Shown piece by piece: positions 31,444-47,192 of a stretch of DNA of 64,000 nucleotides. The stretch covers positions 4,588,001-4,652,000 of the forward strand of contig CM022672.1 of the NCBI GenBank assembly GCA_012295275.1. Reading direction: 5' to 3'. Positions within the stretch are counted from its first letter, which is position 1, and each line of letters starts with the position of its first letter. A program made the translations under genes and the position numbers. The notes beneath the pieces are model-generated. The model was not told the origin of the DNA. It did not search any database and worked only from the letters and a program-made list of their open reading frames with translations. Source of the stretch: Chrysomallon squamiferum (taxonomy: Eukaryota; Animalia; Mollusca).

Positions 31444-32038
31444 AAAAGAAGAAAGAATTAAGTAGCTATGCGTAATTAAATAATAAAAATAGCACAAATG
31501 GTCGCACACGGATTATACGCAGTTACATATACTCTTGTACTATCTTTCACACACTAACGCACAAACGTATACACACAGAAACAAACGTGTTCTCAACACA
31601 CACACACACGCATACACACACAAACACACACACAAACACACGATTACACATAAACAAGCTGAAAATGACGTCGTAATTCTATTCGCTACTAAAGAAAACA
31701 TTAAACGTATTAGAGATTTACAATTTTTATTTTTATTATTTAATCCAATGTTTTTTTTTTTTTTTCTTGCTGGTTTAATATTAAGTTAATTTTCGAGAGA
31801 AGTCAAGCGTGAAATGGTCAGAGTTGTGTGAAATTAACAACGTGATGATTGACTAACAGCTAACAGTGTATCTTGCTGTGATCTGATCGGTAGACTAAGC
31901 TAACACACTGACAATTTATTGCCTCGCCAGTCAGAGGTCGTGGGATCGAATGGCCATGCCTGCTGTCAAAAAAATTTTTTTATATATAATAATAAAATAA
32001 ATAAAAAAAAAAAAAAAAATATAAAATAAAAATATGAG

Positions 32039-32078
<40 letters not shown>

Positions 32079-33350
32079 ATTTCAAAAACAAACGGGTAAA
32101 TTAGCTTAATAATTAAAAGACATTCCATGCTTTCTGATATGTTTCACTGTTTATTACCACTGGTTTAGTATCATTATCATCATCATCATCATCATCATCA
32201 TCATAAACGTCATCATTATTATTATCACTATCGTAATCATTACCGTTTTTACAAAGAAAACATTTTCATATAATGTTAAATTATGCTACATTGCATTACA
32301 TAATATCGTTCTACATTGCACTCTATTCTATTCTATTCTATTCTATTCTATTCTATTCTATTCTATTCTATTATATTATATTATAATTATATTTTTTGAC
32401 TCCTCTATTCAACAATAACATCAATAATAATATTACTTCAAAATACCCAGCCATATCTGCCAGATGTGCTTTGACCAAATCACTACCCATGTCCCACCCT
32501 AACTCACCACGCCTTTCTCCACAAAACATCTGCGGTCGTTAAACGTGTACACTGCTTATTCCCGGTGGACGAAAAACTTTGGCTGAGCTTTTAACAAAAA
32601 CAAAATTTCTTTAATTCCCATCTTTATTAGCCTTTAATAGCTCAAACAGAAAAAACGTCCGGTTTTTTTTGGGAACAAGCCTCGTCAAAATAATCCAGCC
32701 CTTTCTGTTGTTGCAGTTCGTATTTCACTAAACGATAATTAAAAGTTACTTTAATTAATGCTGAAAAATTAATTACCTTTCGTTTTGTCATGCACGCATT
32801 TCCCTGGGATGAAGTATATGAAGAACAAAAACAACACAAAACTAAACAAAGCATTCAGACACGCACACACAAGACATGTAAGATTACTGAAAAGCAAAAA
32901 AAAAAAACAAATTCCCCAGATAATTTTTATTTTCACTCTTCCTTTTTTTTTTTTAATTAAAACACATTTGGTAATTTTAAAAAAGAACCATGCTATTGTT
33001 TCAGAAGGAAAATCCAGGTAGGTTTAAAAGAAAACATTAACTGAATTGATTATAATTATGTTGTTTTCGAAAAGCTGCTAGTTTGCTGGTAGATGGGTGA
33101 GTAATTAGCATACTGACAAATACACAGAGATACCTACATACGTACGTATGTATGTACGTAGATATATAACATATATACGTACACATATTATATACATACA
33201 TACATACGTACTACTACTACTACTACTACTTCTGTTATTATTACTACTGCTACTACTACTACTACTTCTGTTATTATTACTACTGCTACTACGACACAAT
33301 TGCAGCTGCTTCTGCTCTACTGTTATCATTACCATTGCTACTATTGTAAC

Positions 33351-33412
<62 letters not shown>

Positions 33413-33494
33413 CAACAACAACAACAACAACAAAGAAACATTACAAAAACAACTAACATTGTGATCAAAATCATAGTCACTATCTATATATGTG

Positions 33495-33531
<37 letters not shown>

Positions 33532-34393
33532 CGTTATCTAATATTAATCGTCATCTATCAACTCTCGATATGTTTTTAAAGTGAATGTTTATGCACTCAC
33601 AAAGAGCTGACGTAGAACACAAAGAAATCCACTAATTAGTTATTAGGACAAATTTTTTTTTTTTTAATTATTATTATTATTATTTTTTTTTTTTTTTTTT
33701 TTTTTTGATCATATGCGCACACAATGCCCAACAGGAACTTTAAAGTTTTCGCTTCTAATTGCAAACATCGACAACATAAATCAGACAATGAAAGCAATCC
33801 AAGCAACAAAAATCAAAAATGTAGAAAATTAAAGACCTCATTTGTAATTGCAAATATTGACGAAAAAAAACCCGTGTCGCCCGCAGCTAGTTCTGTGGCG
33901 TCGTTTTAATTCGGAAGAACTGAAGTGACGAGATTTCTAAAACTCGTGGATCTTAAAAAGAAATTATTTTCAGTCTGATGCTTTTTGAAATATTCTTTGC
34001 TGGAGATGATGATGTCAAAATGGAATAAAATATGTTTATTAAAGAAAAGAATTCCCCCCAAAAAAAATAAAAAAAAAATAAAAAAGAGTGGAAAAGAGTT
34101 GATTTTGTAATTGTTAAAAAAAAAAAGTAATAAAAATAACGGTAAAATTAATCATATGATTTAACATTCAGACTTTCTGTTTTTTGTTATGATTGTGATG
34201 ATGTGATTACTATCACTAACAATGATCGTTGTTGTTGTTGTTATTTTCTTTCTGTTGTTGTTGACATTAACACACACGCACGAAAATATTATTTACATAA
34301 TTCATGACAACTCTCTCTATATATATAACTACAACAATTAAAACAATAGTATCAGAAGCTATAGCAGTAGCAGTCGAAGCCGCAGTAGTAGTA

Positions 34394-34452
<59 letters not shown>

Positions 34453-34540
34453 CTAAAAAATACAAATAAAATAAAATTAAAAAGATATAAATAAATACAA
34501 TCGGATCACAAAGGGAGAAGAACTACATCCCGCATCAAAA

Positions 34541-34556
34541 TCGCGCCCTCTGGTGT
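34541..34556 (-). promoter_or_regulatory. CTCF-like motif
   Basis: Minus strand ACACCAGAGGGCGCGA matches CCASYAGRKGGCRS at 13 of 14 positions. Confidence 0.5.
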
Positions 34557-36089
34557 ATTATTGGATCTGACAGCCTACGGTAAAAAGGGGGGGGGGAAGT
34601 AAGCACAAGAAGCCTTGTCATATCATTGCCCTGCCCTTTCAACTGTCTAATTAATTGTCGTGTAGTTCATTGTTTGCTAGAATACCGAGCTCAAATGTAA
34701 GAGTCGGGCATCAAATATCAATAATGGAGGAGGCTGCATGACCGCGGGTGTTTGTATTGATCATTAGGCGGCGCTGAGAGAGGAGAATTACTCGGCGAAA
34801 ATCCTCCTAATGGGGGATTCGTTGAGCTCCGGCAAGTAATCCAGTTCCTCGAAGAATCGTGGCGAGTAATCCGCTTCCTTTGACGAATAATATTAGCGCT
34901 GACAAGAACAACCGCAGCGCCAGGCAATTTGTTTATGGCATGAAGTTGCCACTGAAATATTGCGTGATTGTCTCATTTGTACTTAGATATTCTGATGGAA
35001 TAATTTTTTTTTTTTTTCTTTTGAAGGTTTTTTTTTTTTTTTTTGTTTTTGTTTTGTTTTTAGTTTATGTTTTTTTTTTTTGGTTGTTAATTTTCTTCTG
35101 GGATTGAATATATGTCACATGCCGCGAAGGAGTGTTATATTTCAAATTAAATGAGAAAAATGTTTATTGATTAATATCGTTTATTTATTAGTTCTGTAAA
35201 TTTCTGATTTTGTTTTTTTGTTGTTGTTTTTTGTCTTCTTTTATTATTATTGTCGTCATTTCTGGTTTTTGCTTGTTGTTTAAGATTTAGTTATCTTTAT
35301 CTGGATATCTTTACATCAACCCAATTAAGAAACAGTTGAATATTATCAGCTTAACCAAAGCAGCTATGTAGTAATTAAATTTCAACTTAATCAAGACAAG
35401 AAGAAGAAAGGAAAAAAAAAAAAAAAAAAAAAAAATAAATAAATAAATAAAAAAAAAAAAAAAAAAAACCACGAAAAAACCCCGCAAAACCCTACGAAAT
35501 AAAATAAAATAGAGAAACACACACTCTTCTTTATATGTTTGTTATATTATTATACTTTATTATTTAAAAAGACTGGTTGTGACATAATGCAGAAATAAAA
35601 AAAAAAAAAAAGCGTGCGATTAAATATCAGCACATAAAAATGTTAGTAGTATGCATACAAATTAAATAATGAAGACAGTTTAAGTAAATCCTATGTAGAC
35701 CTTTATAAATGTTGTAAGAACAATTACTGTACTGTGGGCAGTAAATAATATTTGATATTTCTCTGTTCTTACCGTATATAAATATAAAAAAAGTTAAAAT
35801 ATTTACTTTGTATGAAAATGTGTTAACGTGAAAACAATTTTACAGTGAGACCATCTCTTATTATTATTTGTGCACGATTTAGTATGCAAATATGTTGCAA
35901 AAACATACCCAAAAGTACATTATTTATATATTCGTAGATAAATTAATTATAATATTCAAACTAAAAGAGATAAAAAGTCGATAAGAAAAGCTGAAATACA
36001 AATAAAACATCTTTCCCTCTGTCTGTTTTAATAACGTAATAAAGATAAATACAAAGCGGATTTTAAAGCAACTTTGAAAGAGAGAAACA

Positions 36090-36201
<112 letters not shown>

Positions 36202-38091
36202 TATTATTATTATTAATGAAAAAATGAATAAAATGAATAAAATGAATAAAATGAATAAGTAAATAAAATAAAACAAAACATCTTTTACAAAATGTCAGTA
36301 CATGTTAAAGATGGGGTTTTAAGGAACAATAAACAATGAGCTAGATCCAACGTGAAAAATCACAGAGACAGAATTGAAATATATTTATTTAAAAAAAATA
36401 TTTAATAAAAAATAAATTTATTACAAAATAAATTTATTTTTATTATTATTATTATTATTATTAATGTTAAAATAAAAATACAAATCGCTAAGACGCCTCT
36501 AAGACGACATTGCCAGTGATCGATGAAGATGGCGATTTGACCGTCGTTCAGGACGCTTCCAGATCCCGAGTCTCCCTCCCGGTGTACGCTTTTCTTGCGC
36601 TCGCCTCGTTCTGACGCTATCGTGCCTAATTGACCATTATAATGCGAAGTGTTCGCCACACAAAGTGCCATAAAACATAATTCGATCCGAGTCAATGGCC
36701 CCTGTGTTTTCTTCTGTTTCGTACAATTTTCCACCGTTTATTAAATGAGAAATGCGAACTATGCTCCTTCGCTCTCAATTATCGTCTTCAGGGGTGATGC
36801 CCTTTCTTCCTCTCTCCTTTCTTTTCACCGCTAATGAGAGCACCAGTCGATAGCATCGCAAACTCGGCTCCACACTGTCATTAAAAAAGCCGTGAAATTA
36901 CTTAAGCGTTTTCAATGTAACGCTAGTAACTACGTAATAAGTAATGATTATTGTATTAACGCTTTTTCTTTTTTCTTTTCTCCAATCCTTTTTAATGACA
37001 GCAAATGGCCTTAAATTGTTTTTGCGTTATTGTAATTATAACTAATCAACGTTTTTCTCCAACAAATTAACTTGTGTCGGGACAAATTCCATTCGTTTAA
37101 TGACATATTTAAATATAACCTGAGACGATTCTGATTTCAACATTAAAAGTTCGCAAAAAAATCACACAGTGGTGCTGTAATTTACAAGATGTTATTGACA
37201 AAATGCTAGAGACAAGGAGATATTGACAACTGCAACCTGTTGTTATAATTATTTTCTTGTTTCATTTTCTTTCTTTGTGTCGTATCGACGCAATTTAGAC
37301 GCTTTCTGCTTGGCATAGTAACCTTTGAGTTTCATAAAAAAAATTGATTAATTACTCTTCCAATGATTTAGATACATTACGCAACAAAATGTATAATTTT
37401 AACCTCATACAAATGAATATCTCGCTTTCTGTTCGTCTTATTATTTACTTCTTTGTCCCTAAGCCTCTTTGTTTGTTTCCAGCTGTCTGTTTATTAATCA
37501 GTTACTTTAATTTATTGTCTCTCTGTTAATGTTTGACTCTATATATCGTCTCAACATACATTCACCAGTTTGTCCAACTGTCTCGTCCTTTTCACCAGTC
37601 CATCTACACATTCATCCTTCTCTGTCTCAAACATATGTGTATAAAGTAACAAATCCATATCTCTTCTTCAGCAATTATTTCCTCTTTTCTTTTTCAGTCC
37701 ATCTCCTGCATTTGTCATCCTCCCTCTACGCTCAGAATTCAGTCCCCTTTCCCTTGCTAAATGATCTAATTTCATCATCTCATCTTTCCCAGAACTGTGA
37801 AATCTGCGTTAGGTTACCATCACTGATGGCTGCAAAACGAGGAATCATTGATTTTCCTCAAACACCTGTCATTTCATATAAGACGAAACTCCGTCAAACA
37901 ATTAATTCGAATTAAAATGCTTCTTGTCGAAGAATAATCATCCATAAAACGAAAAGCCGCTTAGATCAATGGAGCTTTTAAATACCAGGTTGCTTTTTTT
38001 TATGTTTTATTTTAAAAAGCATTTGAATTTTTGTAATTTTTTTTTTTTTTTTTTTTTTTTCAGCATGAAGAAATCAGTTCAGAAAGTATTT

Positions 38092-38125
<34 letters not shown>

Positions 38126-38436
38126 TCTTCAATTTTTTTTAAGTGTGCAATATAATGTCTCGTATGTCAAATTCAAAGACGGAATCAGAATATTTTTATT
38201 AGGCTTCAATGTTCAGGCAAACTGAATAGTACATAAAAAATATGACTGGTGTGATGTAGAAAGTTAGATACTTCTGTCTCTTTTATTTTTGTGAAGATAA
38301 TACATTTAATTATGAGAAAAACTTGCTTTTTCTAAATAATTTTTAAAACAATCAGTTTATTTATTTATTTATTTGTTTATTTGTTTTAGAATGTCTCCAG
38401 CAATTTCGATGCTGAAGTTAGGGAAGTACAATAATG

Positions 38437-38473
<37 letters not shown>

Positions 38474-38586
38474 AAAAGGAATAAAGAAGAAAAAAGAGGA
38501 AAAAAAGAAGAAAGAAAAAAGAAAAAGAAAAAAGAGAAGAAGAATTAAAAGAAAAATAGAAAAACAATACAGGAAGAAAAATCCCA

Positions 38587-38653
<67 letters not shown>

Positions 38654-39823
38654 AATTATAAAGTCTGATTATTTATTTATAAAAAAAAAAAACACATTAT
38701 TTTTCTGTCTGCCACCTAAATCAAAAAAAATATATAAGTGACGATATTCTCTTTGTCTGCCTTTCCTTTGTCTGTTATCTGGACTAACTATATAACTACT
38801 GTTAGATAACTTCAGCATTCTCTTTCTAGTCCTTATCTGTCACGATTGCTTCGCGACACATCATCACCTAATTAATTAAACAAGGAGAATCAATTTTGGT
38901 TTATAAAGAGCAGTTCAACAACAGTGGCGAAGCTTTTGCATTGGAGTTCTGTACAAGTCAGGGGTTAATCACTTACTCAGAATTTATGACTTCGATTGTA
39001 AGAATATTAAATTTTGTCTTGGGTACTCTGAGTCGTTAGCTGAAGACCTTACTGTTTGAGATGATTAAGGAAGTTAGGGTGTGGTGGTGTAATACCTCGA
39101 TCACATGCTAGTTTAGGGTAGGATTCAAGAGACACTTGGTATTAGAGGAAAATATAAATTTTAAATAAAAGTTATACAAAGACAGATACAAGACATCACT
39201 GTATTTAGCTTTCGTTGTACTTATAACTATATTTGCATGTAGCCATCACTTTTTGCTCAACTGAAATTTGTGTCGACTTTGACTCAGTGAGAATTAGATC
39301 ACTTTTAATTGCTATTATTATTATTATTATTATTAGTAGTAGTAGTAGCAGCAGTAGTAGTAGTAGTAGCAGTAGTAGTAGTAACAGTATTATTAGTATT
39401 AGTATTGGTATTAACCGAACATCTGAAGTTCGCCGTCGTAAAACACCTTTTTGTTTCCATCGTTAAAGCAAGCCATGTTAAAGTTACTGGCTCACGTCAC
39501 CTTGTGTACATTTTTCAAATTATTTCGTTACATCACAACAGCCTAACCAACGACTCATTCAGGAAACGCAATAAAACAACATACAGAGATAACGAGTACA
39601 ATTCAATCACTTTCCGGAACCAATACAATTTTGTCGTACAAATGTTTCCGTTTTTTAATTTTTTTTTTCTTTTTCCTTTTGTCAACGAGCGAACATACAA
39701 GGTCAGCAGCGGGTAGCTGTTTTACTTTTGTTCGCGAAGAAGCAGCACAATTTTCCGCGCCATTAACTTCGCCATGTGACGTACTTTAACGAAATGGTTT
39801 CGGGGAGAAATACAACATTGTTG

Positions 39824-40273
39824 CAGGGCCGGATTTAGGTACCAACTAAACAAGGCTGCAGTTAATAACAAATTAAAACTATAACTTGAACTGTAGTATA
39901 TCGCTAGCGACAGAGTTCATTCTAAAATATTTTTTAAACATCTTCGTGACAATGTGCCTTATGGCTGTAATACCGTGGATTTGGATATTTCATAATGAAA
40001 TGTCTCACGTTCTTTTATTAAATAACATAAGTTGTGCTAAGATTAGTTCTAACATCCTTTCTCACTACTAAAACTTACTAAATGGATCCTTTAGATCTTT
40101 ACATATGTAACAGTCTATGAAAGGGAAGCGGCCTCTCACAATTTCATTATATTTTTTTAACAATATTATCTGAGAATTTTTAATCACATTTTACACAGAT
40201 TAATTCTGTGACGACACTACCCAAACAGGGCCTCCTGTATTTCTCTAGCAAAACCTAAATGTAACCCCGTCTG
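39824..40273. mobile_element. Decayed hAT-like MITE (CAGGGCCGGATTTA TIR type)
   Basis: Left end CAGGGCCGGATTTAGG, subterminal CAGGGCCTCC, degenerate right end CCTAAATGTAACCCCGTCTG. Confidence 0.45.
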
Positions 40274-41427
40274 TTCGTAACGTTTTATCGTCGACAAGTG
40301 AAGAAGTTAAGGTGATTTGAAACCAGATACTATGAATGGGATACATTGTGGTGAATGTAGACAGATTACGCTGTTAGGCTCATCCTAAGTTTGACGAGGA
40401 GTCAAATTTTCTGAGATAAGGTCAATTCATCGTCCCGCCTCTTGCTAGTGCTCGCGGCATTAGAGCGGAATTTACGTAGGTCTATTTTTTTTTTATTATT
40501 TTTTTTTTTAACTCATGGCGGCGATTTCCCACTGAGCGACGTTTCAGAGATTGTACCTGTCTAGAGTGACAATCTGACTGGCGTATCAAATTGTCAACAC
40601 TCGTTTTAAGCAATAAAAGAATTGTGTACCAATTGGATCATTAATGGCCGATAGGGCTTGAACGACAACGTTGCGAAATTAAAAGAATTGGCGTCACTGT
40701 CTCGTCGAATACTAAACAAAAATAAAAAATAATATAGGGTGGGAAAAATTTTTTTCGCATCGTTTCAAAGGTAAATAGGTTGTTACAAAATGCAACTGAC
40801 AAATATATTATTAAAAAAGGAAAAAAAAAAAAAAAGAAGAAAAAGAAAAAAAGAAGTAATAATAATAAAATAAAAGATCCATACAGTATTAAGAAACCTA
40901 AATAACAGCGACAACAATAATAATACAGTAATAATCTCGGCATAAATACTTTCAACAAGAATAATAGTAGTAGTGGTAGTGGCAGTGGTGGTGGTAGTAA
41001 TAGTCGCTGTAGTAGTAGTAGTAGTACCAGCAGCAGGAATATTATTACAGATAACAGTGGTAATGACAAATAAATAATACTGGGACCAGTTTAACAGAGA
41101 CTGATAAAAAAAAAAACTGCTGCATTACGTTTCTGTTTTATTCTATATTCAGACAACATATAATTATTATTATTATAACGCACCAGTGTAATCATGCGTA
41201 TTAGATAGTTTCGCTTGAGATGACAATTTTTTTTTTTTTTTTTTTTGGATTCACGTTTTAGTGGTCTACCAGTCAGTAAATAAGCCCCCATCCCCAAAAA
41301 CAACAAGAAAACAACAGCGATTATAATTGCTATCTTTTACAAACGTTTGTGAAAATATTCTACAATCCATACCATCTTAGGATTCGCATATATCTCTGTG
41401 TGTTTTTTTAAAGTGTATTAATGTCTG

Positions 41428-41486
<59 letters not shown>

Positions 41487-42090
41487 CTCTCTTGAATAAT
41501 CGTGGATTCTCGCCTGGTACATCCATCACGCACTGACTACAAACACTCACATTTCCTTCTCATTAAACAGCAACACGAAACGCTTGTTAATGGGACAATA
41601 ACAGTTAGCGTTACTTAAATAACAGTTCGAAATCCGATTCTCTCCCTTTACTATCGCTGATTTCCTATGACAACGGCATAGATAACAAGTCTAAACCGGA
41701 ACGAGTGTAAAGATTTGAGTCAATCAATGAATTTTTATTTTTTTTTTTTATTTTTATTTTTTTCCTGTTCCTGCAGCAAAGTTTCGTACTCGTAAACATC
41801 AATTGCGCAGTCATCTGATCCGAATTTGCGATGATTAATTTCCGAAGCAGTGCTGATAATATTAACCATAGCAGTGTGTGGCCTGGCAGGCAATTACCTG
41901 GAAAATATGAGGATAATATCTGATAATATTAGCAATTTTACAAAAGTAATAACGTTCTTTTGCAGATTGGATACAGACGGAATCGGATCTGATTTCTCAA
42001 AGTTTTAATTGTTGGCTTTCATGAAAGAAATTGGCACGCAATAGGATTTGTGAAAGCCTTTCTCTCGGCTCTTAATATATGTCTGTCGTT

Positions 42091-42176
<86 letters not shown>

Positions 42177-42618
42177 TTGTGTGTGTGTGTGTGTATCTGT
42201 CTTCCTTTCGCAAGGTATTTCCCTGTAATTGCTTGTTCTGTATTCCACCTCTGATTCTTTCCCTTTGTTCTGTATTTCTCTCCTTTTTGTTTCTGTTTCT
42301 CCTTTACAGGTAACGTATTTTTTCTTTATGTCTTGTATCAACTTCTCTCTTTTCTATCCACGTCTGAATTTATTTTTCTGTATTATTTTCTGTATTATTT
42401 TCTGTCTCTTACACTTATTCTTTCTATCTTTATGTCAGTTCTTTCTTTCTCTCTGCCTCCGCCTCATTTGCTCTTACTCTCTGTAAACGTAAGTGTAAAT
42501 CACTATGACAACCTAGGAAAAAAGATGATCTCAGCGACATCATTGAAGAAGAGAAAGAAACATAAAAAAGAAATGAAGAAATTTTATGCATTTTAAAATA
42601 TTGGATGGTACAGATATA

Positions 42619-42649
<31 letters not shown>

Positions 42650-43358
42650 ATTAAAGATAATAATACAAAAATAAAGAAAAAAAAATATATATGTGTGTGT
42701 ATGTATGTATATTAAAATAAAACTAACTAACTAACAAACTAAATAAATAAATAAATAAATAAATAACTAAATAAAATGAACGAAGCTGATAAACGAAAAT
42801 AAAATGTCATCTATGTTCTTTACGTTAATTTCTTTTCGATCAACTTTAAAATGGCTTTGCCTAATTTCTAATGCTCTTTCACGGATAGTTGATTCTGGCA
42901 AAGTACCTTATATTTCCCGATCTCACAATCACCGTGCAAAACTGCACCCGATTTAACCTTCACGAGCTGCACGCACATTTACCAATCAACAAAACTGACA
43001 AACTGAGAAAGTACTTGTCCAAGAATTACGACCTAAATAATTGCTACACTTAACTACAATAAGCACAATTGAAATTATTGCCAGTCACTTGTCATTTTAA
43101 TTTTCTGTGTTTATTCTGCGAGGATTGAATTGGAAGATTTAGGTCTAAAGTGGTTTAAGATTGGTCACGTGGACGTTCTTCAGGCACCAATGTAATCGGA
43201 TGTTTGTGGAATTCTGTCATCTTAATATATTGGCATTTCACGATGAGGCGGAAAAAAGCCTTATAACAGGATTGGGTTAAATAAATAAGCATATTCGACG
43301 AGTCTCGGCGATTGTTTGGAGTCCCGAAATAGTTTAGTTCACTTACTGTGAAAGCCCT

Positions 43359-43490
43359 TCTTTCGTTTTATTAAAAGTCTTTCGTTTGTATTAAATATTC
43401 TTTCGTTTTTATTAAAAATCTTTCGTTTGCATTAATAAATAGTCTTTCGGTTTATTAAGTCTTTCGTTTGAATCGAATATTCTTTGATTT
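43359..43490 (+). repeat. Degenerate 17-24-bp tandem repeat
   Basis: About 7 copies of TCTTTCGTTT(T/G)(A/T)TTAAA-like units. Confidence 0.8.
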
Positions 43491-43626
43491 TTTTATATAC
43501 AAAAAAATAGCTTGTTTTATAAACTTTCCTTTTTAAAAAACATTTCAGTACTTAGATATTTTAGATTTTTAAGACAAAAGAAAGAAAGAGGTATTGGAAC
43601 AGTTTGATGTACATTCTACATTCTAC

Positions 43627-43798
<172 letters not shown>

Positions 43799-45547
43799 GT
43801 TTAAATTAGCGATAATGTATTAGATACCGCAAAATAAATTCAGGTACATGAATATACACACGTCTTCTATGTATTATTTTTGAAGTTAATAATAATAGAA
43901 GTAGAATGAGTAGTAGCTGTTGTTACAACAGAGAAGTAGTAGTTGCAATGGTAATGGGAGTTATAGTAGTGCTGGTAGTAGTTAGGGTAGAAGCAGTTGT
44001 AACAGTTACTCTGTTACAGGCAGTAACAAAAAGTGCTGCTTTCAGTGTGAAAATGAAAAATGAAAATTATACAAATATCAGGCTTATCTAGAAGCTGAAT
44101 TATATTATTATAAACAAACTGTTTGCGAATTTCAAACGAGTGAATTCTTATCATCAGCTCGTCAGTAAATGAATAATTAATCGAAATCAATTGTCTCTAA
44201 ATCACTTTTTTTCTTCTTCTTCTTTTTTTTTTTTACATCCAAGTTTCAGATTTTTTTTTTCTCTCTCTGTCTTCTACACTTAACCTGAGAATAAGTTCGC
44301 TCTTCAACAACGTCCATTACAGCGAGATATCCTTTGAACAAAAAAAAATCCTTCTCCTTTTGTCCAGACAATTACAGTGTTTTTTCAAGGAGCGCACGCC
44401 CCTAACGAACTGAGAAAGAGGGCGTTACACACGGAAGCCGGGCACAAAGAGAATAAATTGTGTGTCTAACTGCCAGAATGCTTTAAATGGAGAAAACTAG
44501 GTACTCTTGATCACGGCTATGTAAACCTTAAGGGGATAAACAAGACGCTTTGAAAAGATCCGCACATTGACTTTCGGCTTTAATTCTTCGGAGTAGAGGG
44601 CGCTGAATGCCGTGGCGCCAGTTTAACGTGTTCCCCGCACGGTCCCTTTTCATAATATATTGGTGGGTGGGGTGCACGATTATTGCCGACTTTGACGAAT
44701 ATGGACACCGGGTAATTATCCCGTGCAAGACCTGGGTGCTCGCCCCCACCGCGGTCATGATTCATCCCAGTTCTGTTTTTGTCTACTGCGACGTCGAGGA
44801 CTCCACGGCGTTGTCGTTCAGCCGTTTTTGCCCGAAGGCTGGTACGTACAGAGATCAAATCTTGTTAATGACTCATCTAAAGCACTGTTTGGTTACTGAG
44901 ACGTCGATGGCTTTTCGTGTACATAGTTTGTTTAAAATTCAGTGTTGGCTTGGTAAAACAATATTGTGCTTAAGCCGTTGGCCCGAAGGCTCGTAGGTAA
45001 AAAGGATCAAATCCGGATAATGACTCAGCTAAGCATTATTATTTGTCTACTCCTCGTTTGTTTAAATCATTGACGGGTCTGCATAACTTTCTGAATGGCA
45101 CGCCTAACTTTACGAGGAAAATAACTTTTATTAAATTTTTATTTTATTTTATTTTATTTTATTTTATTTTATTTTATTTTATTTTATTTTATTTTGTTTT
45201 GTTTTATTTTTATTTTAATTTTAATTTTTATTTCTATTTTGTTTTTGTTTACTATTTTTTGTTTTTTTTTTTTTTTTTATTTTCATTTTCATTTTCATTT
45301 TTTTTATTTTTTTATTTTCATTTTCATTTTTTTTCATTTTTTTTTTTTTTTTTTTTTTTATTTTCATTTTCATTTTCATTTTCATTTTTATTTTTATTTT
45401 TATTTTTTAGTGCGGCCCGTGTAATTATAAGCTATGTCTGATGCGGCCGGTTTCTCGACACAGATTGCTCACGCTTGGTTTAAATCATTTGCCTGAATGG
45501 TGACACAGTCTTATCATAACTCCATATACTTTCTGTCTAAACTATTT

Positions 45548-45600
45548 TGGCTCGGTGGAGTAATGGTTAAGCCACTGAAAACAGGAGTAGAGGGACCACC
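45548..45600 (+). mobile_element. tRNA-derived SINE head remnant
   Basis: GGCTCGGTGGAGTAATGGTTAAGCCACTG resembles a Pol III A-box/D-arm. No intact B-box or cloverleaf. Confidence 0.35.
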
Positions 45601-47145
45601 ACATCTTGTTGACTGGTCTATCTAATTTAATTAAACTTTAAACTATTTCAAAACCGTTAACGCTGGCAGACAGGACTCAGTCTTGTTTGTTCATGTCACT
45701 TTAATTACGTATGTTTCAGTAATTGTGTTATCTATGGAAGTAATAGTAACATATGTGTGTAAAATATTCCCTGAAGCTAAATGTTTATTTAGCACATTAA
45801 CGGTTATAAGATATAACATTACAGTGTTATGATAGTATAATATAAACTTGCTGTTCTTGCTACTACATGTACTACATGTACTACAGTTACTTTATATTCT
45901 ACTCCTAATACTCATGTACTAATATTATTACTACTTCTAATACCGATCCCATTTGATTTCTTGATTCTTCTTCTGCTACTACTGTCAGTACTACAACTAC
46001 CACTACAACAAGAACCACAGCAGCTACTAATCTTACTACAAATAGTATTTTACAAAATAGTTATTACTACTATTTCTACTTCTACTATATTTACTTCTGC
46101 TACTGCCCCTGCTTCTATCATTACTATTCTGCTGTTATTATTTCAACTACTACTGTTATTACGTACTGTACAACCATTGTTGTTGCTGTTACTATTGGTA
46201 CTACTACTACAACTGTTGCTGTTAATATTAATTTTTCTACTACTATTTATATTCTTTTTCTGGTACTACTATTACTTTTACTACCACCACCACAACTACT
46301 ATTACTACTACCGTAACAACTACTATTACCATCACCACCACCTCTATTATTACTTTTGTTGTTGCTACTATTGCCATTATTATTTCACATTCTAGTTCCA
46401 AAATGTTAGTCAGACAAACTTTTGTATTATTAATGTGAATATTAATCTGTGAGTCCATGTTGATATTACTTTTGACAAAATTAATCTGTTACAAATATTG
46501 CTCCAAGAGTTATTATGATTATTATTATTTTTACACGTACTAATTATTTACAAATCAAATTTATTGCAAATTAATTTCATTTGGGACTGGATTAAAGTGA
46601 TAGTAAAACGAGTTTTTAGTCAGGCTGACTGTAAGAATAAAATAAAATAAAATAAAATAAAAAAATAAATAAATAAATAAAATATTGTTTTGAAATGTAA
46701 ATTTATAAATGCATTCATATTATTAAATTTTACTGTTTTACTGAGTTTCTTTTTTGTCGATGTAGCTGTTGGTGTTTTTATTTTTTTTTTATTATTTTTT
46801 TTTTTAAATTTAATTTTATAATTCAGTTTCAATAAATAGTTAAATATATAAATGAGCATAAATCTATTAAAAACAGATGATGATACTATAAATTGCTAAT
46901 GGTTCTACAGCGTAAAACCTAAACACTATATAATAATAAAAACATTTAATATCTCCAGTTACATATACGCTAGATGCACCCGATAATAGTGATATTAATT
47001 ATTTAACTATTGCAGACTATGCTGGAATGAAGACAAAACACCTGACACTGTAGAAAAACTTTAATTATGGAAGTGAAGTTTTGAATATAAAAAGAAAACC
47101 ACACACTATTAGTATCCTAAACAATGGAACTCTAATATACTACAA

Positions 47146-47192
<47 letters not shown>

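Noticed and set aside
31880-31965. tRNA-like B-box (GGATCGAAT); a similar fragment lies at about 39076-39130
   Set aside because: No cloverleaf. At most heavily decayed SINE remnants, not tRNA genes.
44528-44996. Three overlapping ORFs (76-129 aa)
   Set aside because: No recognisable homology; expected by chance at locally higher GC.
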